A stretch of DNA of 58,986 nt, filler included, from Sphacelaria rigidula (lineage: Eukaryota): NCBI GenBank assembly GCA_964200075.2. It is 6 parts of 6 records of this genome, joined end to end, with 100 filler letters (N's around TTAATTAATTAA, not from the genome) between each part and the next. Parts side by side here need not be neighbours in the genome. Positions count along the whole stretch, not along the records: positions 1 to 9,748 come from CAXNAA020007847.1; positions 9,849 to 19,596 come from CAXNAA020007848.1; 4 more parts are not named here. One strand, 5' to 3'. Below the pieces are notes generated by a model. The model was not told where the DNA came from. It saw only the letters and a list, made by a program, of their open reading frames with translations, and ran no database searches. Positions 1 to 10,420 of the stretch are shown one piece after another (positions within the stretch are counted from its first letter, which is position 1; each line of letters begins with the position of its first letter). The position numbers and the translations under genes are program-made.

Positions 1-201
1 CACAGGGCCAAAAAATACATATATCGGCATTGGACTGGACTTGGACATGGCTTTGTAGGGATGCGAGGTCAATGGTCTGATGGCTATGCTCCCATGCCTC
101 CAGACAACATAGCTTATGTCCAGGTTGCGTAAGTCGCATTTTTAACAAAAGCCATGTCCAAGTCCAGTCCAATGCCGATATATGTATTTTTTGGCCCTGT
201 G
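1..201. mobile_element. MITE-like hairpin with perfect 54-bp terminal inverted repeats (CACAGGG... terminus)
   Basis: 1-54 is the exact reverse complement of 148-201, with a 93-bp spacer. It starts at the first base of the contig. Confidence 0.7.
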
Positions 202-443
202 TGTAGCAGGCGCGTTTCTCCTACGCTACCAGGCCATTTACACCATACGATAGCTTGAACGATGGCTACGGCATGTGTGAGTGTATCGGTATCCCTTGTT
301 TCTCACCCTAGCATGCTAGATTAGAACGGCGCATGCTTTCTTGATATGCTCCTTTTCCATCACAATAAAGGAAAAAGAAAGAAACTTGGAAGCGCGATGC
401 AAAGCACAGCAATCTATATACAAAAAAAGCAGCTCCTTTTTGA

Positions 444-560
444 CCCTTAGGGAACCCATGGACGATTTTTGTTGTTGTGGATCGGAATAATTTTGACTTG
501 GAAGTGTCTGAAAATGATGCCGATTCACAAAAACAAAATCGTCAATGCATTCCTAGAGGG
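444..560. mobile_element. piggyBac-like MITE (degenerate copy)
   Basis: CCCTT...AGGG ends with ~40-bp imperfect inverted arms, flanked by TTGA/CTAA (decayed TTAA). The internal TGAAAATGATGCCGATTCA matches the 28238-28335 element. Confidence 0.65.
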
Positions 561-777
561 CTAATAAATACCGTAGCACATGCGGAGACGTGGCAAATAC
601 CCGAGGCATGACCACTCATACGCCCCTCAGACTCCCTGTCCTCGACTGAGCAGAGCATAGCTCTACCCGTAGCTGCTGATCAGCTGGATACGATGTCTGG
701 TTGGGGCACATCGAGGTGTCTCATGCCAACTCGGTGACCGAAATTAATGGTTGAACAAACTTTGTTCTCGACGAACA

Positions 778-810
778 CTAACTCTAACGCGCTAACCCTA
801 ACCTCAACCT
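778..810. repeat. degenerate telomere-like (CCCTAA) tract
   Basis: ctaactctaacgcgctaaccctaacctcaacct. Confidence 0.45.
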
Positions 811-3800
811 ATGGCATGTCGTGAACCCTCGATCACGAAGGGTATACACATTGTCCTAGACCAAACGTGCGTTGGCGGAGCTCGAATCAGCGCCTTTGGT
901 GCCGATTTTAGCCTCAACGTGCGTTGCGCACGCTGGCAAGCGCTTGGGATAGTGAACCCTGTAAAGATCCAATTATTATGTACATTAACACGAAGTCTTT
1001 TGCGACCATGGTTTATTGTCGCTGAGTTCGCCTGAGCTCTAGTAGGACAAAATCACTCCTAAATTGAAGCTGGCCCGATGATTTACGACAGACGCCCCAA
1101 ACGAAAACACCCCCATAGGGTCCGACGACTGCACTTTTTTTGTTTGGGCGACTTTTTCGAATACGCGAGACCATCCCTGAATGCCGCGAAACAAAGCCCG
1201 TTGAGTCGATAAACAAGATCCAGCACCAGATATAATGCGCTTGGGTGGTGGGTGTCTGTGCATAGTTGTCTGGAACCCGTTGTATCGGGGTGGTGCGTTT
1301 CAAGCATTGTCTTCGTGCCGCCTGTGTAGATGTTCGGAGGAAACCTGTTCTGATGCTCAGAGATGTTCGGACCTGTGCTCAGCGTAAGGAACACGGGTGT
1401 CGACATGAGTTTTGTGTGTCCTCGATTGAACCCAAATTGGTCGTTACGAGCGAAAATCGCGTTTCAGCATTTTTGAACGTGATTATTTGAGTCTCAAAAA
1501 GCCACGGCCTGACTTTAGAGATCCAGGTCGATTGAATTATCACGTGCGTCATGAAGACGATATTCTCCCAGATGTTTCGTTCTGAAACAGCCGGTGTTTA
1601 CCCATGAAGCTAAAATAGGCTCTTGCTAGGCAATATAGGGGGTGTTGGCGCATACCGCAGAACAAACCGCTGCGGATTCCGTTGTGTTTTCGACGAGAAT
1701 TTTCGTCAGGGAGTTGGCGTGTCGCGGCATTTGGTCTATATTTTGGTTACTCCGATTCCAAGTGAACAATATACAGGCACGCACAGCATGCGCGCTGCAA
1801 AATGTACATGCGCACAAAAATGGTGCCATAACCAATGATTTCATGGCTTATATCATGACCGCATTTCGCACGATACACAAGTGGAGTGAGTGCATCATCA
1901 CCACCGACAGGGTGACGCTGGCGTGGCTCACTTTGAGCAGTGTTGTGTGCATTGGGGCTTGTTGCTTACCGCAGCCGATTTGAGAAAAAACACTATGGTG
2001 CGTCATCAGTTGTTCACGTGATGCGATACGTGATCACAGGGTCGTGTGTGCGATGCATATGGTGACCTTTTCGAACGTTCCATAGGGGAGAAAGGCGGAA
2101 ACATTACAGGCGAGCCGCGCGTATCCAAGCACACAAGTATCACCTACGGTGTGGTAATCAATTAGGGCTGCAGTACACATAACTCTGAGTAGCAGCAGTG
2201 CCAGCAGCAGCACGCAGTACCGTGGCACAAGCATGACACACGTGTGACATGCCTCATGGAATAGTTCGAGATCTCCAACGAAGTGGAAAGCTGCTGGCGT
2301 TCTGGTCGGGTAATTCGGGGTTTTGTGTCGACCGGTTGCAAGGCTTCGGAACAGTGTTTTCCCGCGAAACATGATCCATGTTCGCCATCCCAACTGTAGC
2401 GTGGCTCGTGAGGAAACCTTGGCAGGCACCCAACCACGACCGCCGTTCGATCACGGTTGGTGTTGTTGGAATGGCCTACTACCCCTCAGCTGGCTTTGAA
2501 TGCCGTGGGAGATATGCCTTGTTCCGACTGTGTGTCGTGCAGGGTCGGGGCAATCGAGATTGGCACGGCGTGTGCGGGAAACAACTGAAAAAATAACTGG
2601 GGTGTGCATTGCGTTGTGCCGGACAGCCTGACGGCACACATAGAGAGTTGCAGAGCAGCACGGCAGCTCCGAATCTAGCCCCCTGTACAGTTACAAGCAC
2701 ACAAGCCTTATTTTTAGCCGGAATCCAACCAGTTTTCCAACACTACGGCATTGCGCGTCGGTACGAAAGTCACGATCGTTCGGCTGTGAGTCACCGGTTG
2801 CAGCAGTACAACACGCACGGCAACTAGTGAACGGCACCGTCTGTTGCGGCGCTGCCCTTTGAATTCATGATGCGCACACAACAACATGAGAGGACGTCTC
2901 GGGGCTTTTTGGAGGGGTCGAAACAAGGGGTCTGTTGTTCCGTGTCGGTGGTATTGAGCCCACAACCCCGAGCTGTCCTTGTATAGCATTCGCCACCTCG
3001 CTGTGACTGCTCATGGGCGTGCTGTGCTTGCGAGGGAGAGGTGGTGTGTGTACAACAATATCTTTTTCGTGGCAAGGCTAGCATGATTCATTGAGCTACG
3101 ATGAAAAAAGCGGCGACACCAAAATGTGCGGGGAACGCGCTATCGATCAGCTTTTTTTCATTTTTCATTAGTGTATGTCACTTTTGGGAATCCTGTCCCG
3201 TTTGTTTCAACCCGTTGAAAATGAATGCACCTATTTGTCGGAAAACGTGCCCCCATAACGTGGCATTTTCGAAACCACACGAACGAAAGTGACATGAAAA
3301 TATAATTGAATTTGATTTCTGGCCCGCGTTTCTTTTCCTTACTCTCCTTCCTCCCCCTTTTTTTGTTTTTGCCTTCGTCATGTATCTCGTTTTTCGGTTC
3401 ACCCTCGTGTCCTCTCTCTCTATTTTGTTTTCCTCCTTTTCTCGAGTTCCTCGAGCTAGTGTTTCCATTTATCTCAGATATGTCTACCTCGTGACCATCG
3501 CTGACTCCCTAGGGAAACGGTTAGTGTTCAACCACCAACCAATCAACCGACCATCAAAAGTGGTCCGAGGTGGGGACAAATCATTGGCATTACGTAGTAT
3601 ACATTTTATATGATGACTACGATGTTCCACTGTCTCTGATCCGGCGTATGCCTGCTCCGACAAGCTTCGAAACCCATAACAAAAACGTTGGCATGGCAAG
3701 TTTGACGTTACATTCTTTTGTACAAATGGCGCGTAACATGCCCTAGCTCGTACTGATGCATTCCTACACCCGAGACGCCGAGAGTGGCGGGGTTTCAAGC

Positions 3801-5351
3801 GCTTTGAGCGAAATTTGAGCAAAATCTATTCCATGCTCGCTGGTGATGGTATTCTGCTCTGTATTCTGAAACCTACTTCGCGGGGACAAGATCGAACCCG
3901 GCCGTTCTCAAGAGCAGGTTTATGCGGACACAGAGCACCAAGCAGCTTTCGAAAACTCGAAGGACTTGGGAAGGTTTTTCAATAAGAAAATGGACGGATT
4001 CGCTTAGGGCACGTCGAGAGTGTTGTGTTGAGTTTAGATTTGGCCTGCAGTGTGTTGTTTCACAACTAAACTGAAAACTGCAATAGTGGCCGTTTGTTGG
4101 TGTAAGACAGGGGCGTGAGAGGTTAGAGAGATTTCTCTGTTAGCTCTTCCGTGGTGAGGATTGTACAGCAAAAACAGCGCACGGGTGGGCAGTCGATGCG
4201 ACATATAATGCCATCGGCTCTGCCGTCGAACGCTGCTGTGGAGTACAGCAGTTGCTTTCTAGCCTTCTGGTCTTGGGGTCGTACGTCAGACAGCGTGCCT
4301 TGCTTCTTGTGAGTATGGTATCCCTCAGCTAGCACAACAGACTGCAGTACAGTCGCTTCGGTATGCAGGACATCGGCATGTTCTCACCATTAATATGCCA
4401 TTTTGGTGATGATTGTAAGATACGGTTGATATATGGAGTATCAGTGCGACTTACGATCACGTTCAAGAGAGATTCTGAACGGGCTTAAACCGTAAAATTG
4501 GGGCACCACTCATTTTAAACCACAACGGTAGCCCTTTGTAGGGGCTTCCGGACCTTGACCTACCGATACCCCTGTGTCGGAATTGTTGCCTACAGGGCTG
4601 TGTCGGCCGATATTGAGTTGTCGATGCAAGGATGATGATACTGAGAGGTCCGGGACACGATCACGGAGAAAAAGTAAGACACCGTGTCCCGCACGGATAC
4701 TTCTCTTTCTCTCTCTCTCTGCCCGCCATCACCTCTCTATCTTTTCTTCCTTCCCTGGCGTCCTTTGTTTCGCTTCGTTTAGTTCCTTTTCAATGCTGTA
4801 ACAGTGTTTGTCTCTCGCTCTAACAAAGCTCGCGGATGGTAGTTCATGTTCAAGTTATGTGCTTCCCGAACAACTGAGTCGCAACCTGCGCCCGTCCTTC
4901 TCTCTTTTTTCGTTTTATTTCGACTGATCTTGTACGGCCTCCCTACCTCGAGCGATGCGGCAGGAGCCAGCCATTCCGTCTTTTTTGTTTTTCAGCGAAA
5001 CCGGTGCTAGATCTATCTTGGCGTTCATTAATTTCCCCCCTATCTTTCTCTCCTTCCTGTTTTGTGTTTCGTTCAGTTTCTCGTTTTTCGGTCACTCTAT
5101 TCGTTTCCCCTCTCTACTTTTGTTTTTCCCCTCTCCCGAACGTCCTGTAGCGAGTGTGTGGAAAAGTACTTCCGTGTATGCATACCTTGAGTACGTCTAT
5201 CTTGTGGATAATGACCACCTTTGGGTTAGTAAGGGATCCGGGCGACAGTCAATCATCGATCAATCGATTGATTAAGTTCACCCCCCCCCCCACCCGGTGG
5301 CCACAGAGGGGGAACCAGGACGGGGATAAGATATGTAAAAGGTTTTTATGT

Positions 5352-5833
5352 AGTGAGGCCGGATTTTATGGCACACAGATTTTTGGCCGACGGATTGTTC
5401 ACTTTTGGGACGTTTGGGCCACTTTTTGACCCCCATACAGGGAAAATTGCCAATACACGTTTCGGACACTTTGCATCACCCCACAGAGAGGAGCCCAGCC
5501 CATTTTTCACATTCGCTTGGCTCCAAGGTCAGCCGCTGAACAAAAATCCGTGTGCAAAATAATCTACGGCGATCTCCAGAGATTATTGGTCACTGACGGG
5601 GGTCGGCAAGCACAGATTTATGCACACCAAGTATTGTTCAGCGGCCAATCTCGAAACCTCGGAGCCAAGCGAATCTGAAAAGCAGACTAGGCTCCTCTCT
5701 GTGGAGTGGTGCAAAATGTCCGAGACGTGTGTTGGCGATTTTTCTTGTTTGGGGGCCAAAAGGTGGGTCAAACATCCCAAACATGAACACTCCGTGGGCC
5801 AAAAATCTGTTCGCCACAACATCCGGCCTGACT
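5352..5833. mobile_element. foldback/MITE element with ~190-bp imperfect inverted arms
   Basis: 5352-5545 is the diverged reverse complement of 5632-5833 (AGT[G/C]AGGCCGGAT termini; spurious ORFs in the two arms both read MSETC.G.F). Confidence 0.85.
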
Positions 5834-5837
5834 GAAG

Positions 5838-5936
5838 AAAGCGTAATGAGCGCCCAAATGTTGGAGGTGTCTTATTAGGAGTAGAAATGGTACTACGTCT
5901 CGGAAGCAATGCGTGATCAATGGTCAAACGACTAAG
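5838..5936 (+). repeat. copy of high-copy dispersed repeat X (core GTCTCGAAAGGGATGCGTGGTCAATGGTC-AACGACTAAG)
   Basis: Aligns by eye with 32130-32230 and with reverse-complement copies at 9849-9916, 19770-19835, 29545-29570 and 39190-39252. Confidence 0.8.
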
Positions 5937-6119
5937 TGTCCTCAATGTAACTAGCTGTGCTGCCTTTTTAAAACCATTTTCCTGAAGCGCTTCGCATCTT
6001 CCATGTTGTGCCCGTGCCTCCGTGCAACTTTTTTCTTGTTCCTTGTGTGAATGTTCGGAACGTTTCCACCGACAGTAGGAGCACACACCTCTCTTTCGTG
6101 AACAGCTATCTGATGAACA

Positions 6120-7301
6120 ATGGCAACGAAGAAAATGAGCCCGCAAACGGTATGCGACAGCATGTGGCATGAATTGCGCTGCCTACGCGACAGCCCGCCG
6201 CTCAACGACCAAGACCTTTACGAGGACCACGTCGCTTATGACTCCGTCAGGCACGTGTCCTCCATCCTTGGGTCCATATCCGATCTTCCCCGCGAGCCAT
6301 TTATTATGTTCATTAGTATCCTTGTCGATGGCGCGCTTCTGGACGAAGTAGTGGAGCTGTTCAAGGGCAGCCGACGACACCCGGCGCTGCAGCACGCTTC
6401 GCTTCTCGCTCTACACGGCGCCGCGGAATTAGTCGACAAGCGAGAAATGTTGATTTCGAGGCAAGATGTGGTGGGGGAACTGCTGCACGTCCTCGCCTCC
6501 CCGCGACGCCATCGCATCACCCCGGCCGCCTCCATCCCGTACTTCGTCAACAGCGCGGCAAGTGCGCTGTCCACCGTCACCGGTCTCTTCACCAGCAACA
6601 GCCCGGGCTTGGAGCCTCGCTATGCTCGAGTTTGGATCGACCTCGGGGCTCTACCTTCACTGTCGTCGTCCTTAGAATCGCACTCGGAATTCGACCCCTC
6701 GGAAGCAGTGACGGCCGAAATTCCGTTGATGTTTTTCACCGTTGCCACATCACTTCTTGCGGCGGCGGCACAGTCCTCATGTTCGATACCCGACGCCGAC
6801 AAGCTGCGCTTGTCCGTCGCAATCCTCACACTATTAGCCGATCGCACGGAGTGGATCGCGGGGACTGGCGGTGGTACTATTGCGGCGCTTTTCAGCAGAG
6901 CAAAGTGGCTTGGAACCGTGGCAAACCGGGTACCCGAGGCACTGAAGAAGCGGGCGGTGGACGCAGCACGGAGGTGCGAGCTTGCGGGAGGTGCTTGGAA
7001 ACCCGGAGAAGCAAATGAGATAGCCCTTGCGCTGGCCAGCGGTGACGCGACTTTGAGAGATGAGCTGTATGGAAAGGCGTGTTCCGCACCGGGATGCGGG
7101 AACGTGCAAAAGCACCAGCAGCGGCAGAGTGCATGTGACGGTGCTGCTGGTGCGGAGGCGGGTGATAGTGGTGGTTCGGGGGCCGGCGGCGGCGGCGCGT
7201 TCAAGCGGTGCTCTCGGTGCCGCACCATGGTGTATTGCTCGAGGGATTGCCAGCTGGCGCATTGGAAGGCCGGACACAAGAGAAAATGTGTCTCACGATG
7301 A
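6120..7301 (+). CDS. MYND-type zinc-finger protein, 393 aa, intronless, with a helical (possibly ARM-like) N-terminal region
   Basis: ATG...TGA ORF with GC-rich coding bias. The C-terminus CSAPGC...FKRCSRCRTMVYCSRDCQLAHWKAGHKRKC fits the zf-MYND consensus. Confidence 0.9.
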   Translation: MATKKMSPQTVCDSMWHELRCLRDSPPLNDQDLYEDHVAYDSVRHVSSILGSISDLPREPFIMFISILVDGALLDEVVELFKGSRRHPALQHASLLALHGAAELVDKREMLISRQDVVGELLHVLASPRRHRITPAASIPYFVNSAASALSTVTGLFTSNSPGLEPRYARVWIDLGALPSLSSSLESHSEFDPSEAVTAEIPLMFFTVATSLLAAAAQSSCSIPDADKLRLSVAILTLLADRTEWIAGTGGGTIAALFSRAKWLGTVANRVPEALKKRAVDAARRCELAGGAWKPGEANEIALALASGDATLRDELYGKACSAPGCGNVQKHQQRQSACDGAAGAEAGDSGGSGAGGGGAFKRCSRCRTMVYCSRDCQLAHWKAGHKRKCVSR

Positions 7302-8608
7302 CCGATCGTGGTAGCAGGAAGTGGGGGGGGCATGAAAAACATTTGTTTCTTGTGGACCGTTGGATAGGGTGCTACAGGCAAGGGTGACTGTACACAGTAT
7401 GCATGTTATTGCCCATACGTCGCAGAATTCCCAGAGCGACGCTTGTTACATTGCACGTGTGTGTTGGTGATGGGGACGTTGGAAAAAAGACTGTATACTG
7501 TACCCCACAATTCCCGAATGGCGCAGACGTGTTGCCTCAAAGACAGGAACGGACTATGCCTATGAGTCACGGCGTGCATTCGACTTTTCCCCAAAAGATC
7601 TGGCTACTTATTTTTCGGAAATTACTAGTGCGCGCATTGACTTTCACAAAAGTTTAGCACCTTATCCTTGCGTTTCGTGTGGTAGGACTACCGTAGAATA
7701 ATCGGTACTCTGAATGCCTTCCCGTATACCCCCACATACAAGACGTATGTTGCGGCTATTCATCATTCAAACGTTCGCTGCCACAATGCTCTTCAGAACG
7801 AGCTCTCGATCCTTCTCGTTAGTATCCTGGTGTAGTTCACGATAGCAGGATACGATCGCGCACACCAAGCGCAAATAGATGAGTATATCCATGGGCTCGA
7901 TGGGGCACCGGCGCGATGGTGCGATAACAATCCTGACTAATAACGACATAACGCTATAAAACGTAGCCTAGTATGCCCACATTTTGTTTTGGGAGAAGTC
8001 CGAATATTCGAACTGTGGTGCAGCTCTTCGGAGAGCTTTCCTACATGTACGACGTGGCGCTCGCAGGAATTCGAGAGTCATCGGGTACCTTGCCAATCCC
8101 CAAAATTTCCGATATCTCTGGAAACACAGTATCGATGATAATGGGCTTCGCAAGTATCACGGTTGGATATGCGGAGCTCGAGCCCTTGTCCTTGAGATTG
8201 AAATGTTTCGGATACCACGTGGAAAAAATATATTTCACACTAGGGCCCGTAATGCGAAGAGGCGGGGGGAGATTTTGCACTATTGTGTTTGCAACGGTTC
8301 GTCCAGATGAGTGACGCCACATTTATCATCCGACAAGCTGTAAGCCCGCGCGGTCTATTCAGTGTTCCGTCAAAACCGAAGTCCAACACAATTGCAGAAA
8401 AACAAATCCCGAGGGAACGCGGTCAACTGGTCAACCCACCGATGCATAGAGGTCAACTCATTCATCGCCAACCTGACCCCCGACGCCTTCCGGTGACTGC
8501 AAATCCGACTTGCTACGCACCCCACACCCGTCTGCTACACGACCGCTCGTAATCAACGTACAAGCTCAGCCTGCCCACGAACAGGGGATCCGCCAACATC
8601 GCGACATC

Positions 8609-8876
8609 CCGCTCAATTGTACGAGTTGTATTGTATGAGTCGGGACGTTGAAGTTTGACGGTTGATTTGCAAAGAAGTCGACACATCCAATGCTGGATCA
8701 TTTCTCCCCATTTCTTCGCTGATACGCGACCAATCCACTTTCGACCGACAGAATTGGATTGGCCGTGTCTCAGCGCAATAAAATGAAAATATTAGTAGGA
8801 CCAACTTTGCATGTCTCGGCCAGTTCCGTACGATTCCGGTGTCGAAACTTCGGGTCCCAACTCGAAAATTGAGCGG
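8609..8876. mobile_element. MITE with CCGCTCAATT terminal inverted repeats
   Basis: Left ccgctcaattgtacgagttg vs reverse complement of the right end ccgctcaattttcgagttg. Similar terminus to 50211-50985. Confidence 0.6.
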
Positions 8877-9139
8877 CGCATAGTCATATTTGCAGGCATT
8901 TGCACTAATAAGATCGCGTCGCACTCGAACTTACATACAACACATGGATAAACTACTTCCTCAACACATGAATACAGATGAGCCATATATATATATATAT
9001 ATATTGTGTGATACTGGATAAGCAAGAATTTCAGGTCACCTGGCAAGTCTGTTCCTGTGGTCTCAGACAGTAAGTGAATGGTGTTCTACGATAGCAATAA
9101 ATTATAGGGAATGTCAAGGGTCTGCCGAGAGGAAATTTT

Positions 9140-9205
9140 CGGACGCGGAGCCCCCCCCTCCCGGAGGGCAATTTTTCGAAAATTGTCTTTACTTGTTGTT
9201 GTTGC

Positions 9206-9242
<37 letters not shown>

Positions 9243-9680
9243 GGAAGAAATTGATCAACACTGACAAAAACCGAAAATGGCGGTCTTAACGAGGTTCGTA
9301 CACTTGCTTCTGCTCCTTGCCCGCCCTGTCCCGATGACCTCGGCTGTCGGCAACGCTTACCCACATCTATGTACAATTCACGAGCGCACGGTAGCGGCAG
9401 CCTGCAGCCAAAGTAGCAACATTATTTATTTCACGCCTCGCCAAATTTGCCTGGCCTAGTGCTAGGTAGTCGAGGCACACGTCACGGAACATGATTCCAT
9501 ACGTGTAATCATGGTAGGTGATGAGCTCGGAGAGGCGGTGTGTTCGTCATCTCAGCGGTCTCCATGACAAAGATTTCTGTACACGGCAGCTGGCCGTACC
9601 CGCTCTGCACACGGCAACTGACCGCATCCGCCAACGCCTCGGTAATAAACTAGGGGACGGCAGGCTGGGTGTCTCCCTTG
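9140..9680 (+). repeat. dispersed repeat family shared with contig 6, containing a (TTG)n microsatellite at 9193-9243
   Basis: 9150-9345 matches 49260-49425 (aagaaattgatc.acactga.aaaaaccgaaaa; ttgcttctgctccttgcc). 9551-9677 matches 49989-50090 (ctcagcggtctccatga...ctgaccgcatccgccaacgcctc). Confidence 0.8.
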
Positions 9681-9748
9681 TAATGCATGAGAGGACCGCG
9701 TGCTTAGAGGACCGCATCGGAATTTGAACATCCTTATGATTGGGGTTA

Positions 9749-9848
9749 NNNNNNNNNNNNNNNNNNNNNNNNNNNNNNNNNNNNNNNNNNNNTTAATTAA
9801 TTAANNNNNNNNNNNNNNNNNNNNNNNNNNNNNNNNNNNNNNNNNNNN
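9749..9848. other. artificial contig linker N44-TTAATTAATTAA-N44
   Basis: 100-bp spacer with stops in all six frames. Confidence 0.99.
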
Positions 9849-9916
9849 GGGCGTACTCATTTGTTGCTTGCCTTAGTCGTTTGATCATTGACCACGCATC
9901 CCTTTCGAGACGGAGC
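9849..9916 (-). repeat. repeat X copy at contig start
   Basis: gggcgtactcatttgttgcttgccttagtcgtttgatcattgaccacgcatccctttcgagacggagc, followed by a G run. Confidence 0.85.
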
Positions 9917-9944
9917 AAGGGAAAACGGGGGGGGGTAAACGGCT

Positions 9945-10420
9945 GCAAGTGCAGCAGGCTGGCAGCACGTGCCCACCACAACTGCCACGAGCAACAATGG
10001 AGCAAAATAGGATATCGCTCGACATCCGCATGACTTCATCTGCAGGCAGCACGGACAAAAATGCTGAATCAACTCCGCGGTCCGTGGACCGAACACGCCT
10101 CAAAACGAAGACCAAGAACACACACGGAGCCAACCCCCGCCGTCGATCCACGTTGATAGGCTACTCACCACAAAATAGGGTGGAGAAAGAGCAAGAGATG
10201 TTTTTGAAGCAGACGGCGACACAATCATGCACCCGCGATACCAAAAAATATAGCCGAAGTCAGAACGGAAAAAAAAAAGAAGGGTACAGATGCAGCAGCT
10301 GGGCAGCACGTGCCACAAGGAGGTTTCGAGCAACAGGATATTGCTCAACGTCGACACGTGCAGGCAGCATCGACGAAAAAGCGAATCAATTCGGTGGTCC
10401 GTATACCGCACACGCTTCGC
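9945..10420 (+). repeat. diverged direct duplication of a ~150-bp unit (spacing ~340 bp)
   Basis: gcagcacgtgcc...aggatat.gctc.ac...tgcaggcagca...gaatcaa.tc...ggtccgt..accg.acacgc occurs at ~9950-10100 and ~10290-10420. Confidence 0.7.

Noticed and set aside
6620..7381. 253-aa minus-strand ORF (and similarly 56438-57136)
   Set aside because: Antisense shadows of GC-rich real coding sequence.
9031..9267. PolyQ protein
   Set aside because: It is a translation of a (TTG)n microsatellite within a dispersed repeat.
9793..9804. Recurrent TTAATTAATTAA at ~9.85-kb periodicity as a biological repeat
   Set aside because: It is an assembly linker embedded in Ns; the periodicity reflects length-sorted contigs.
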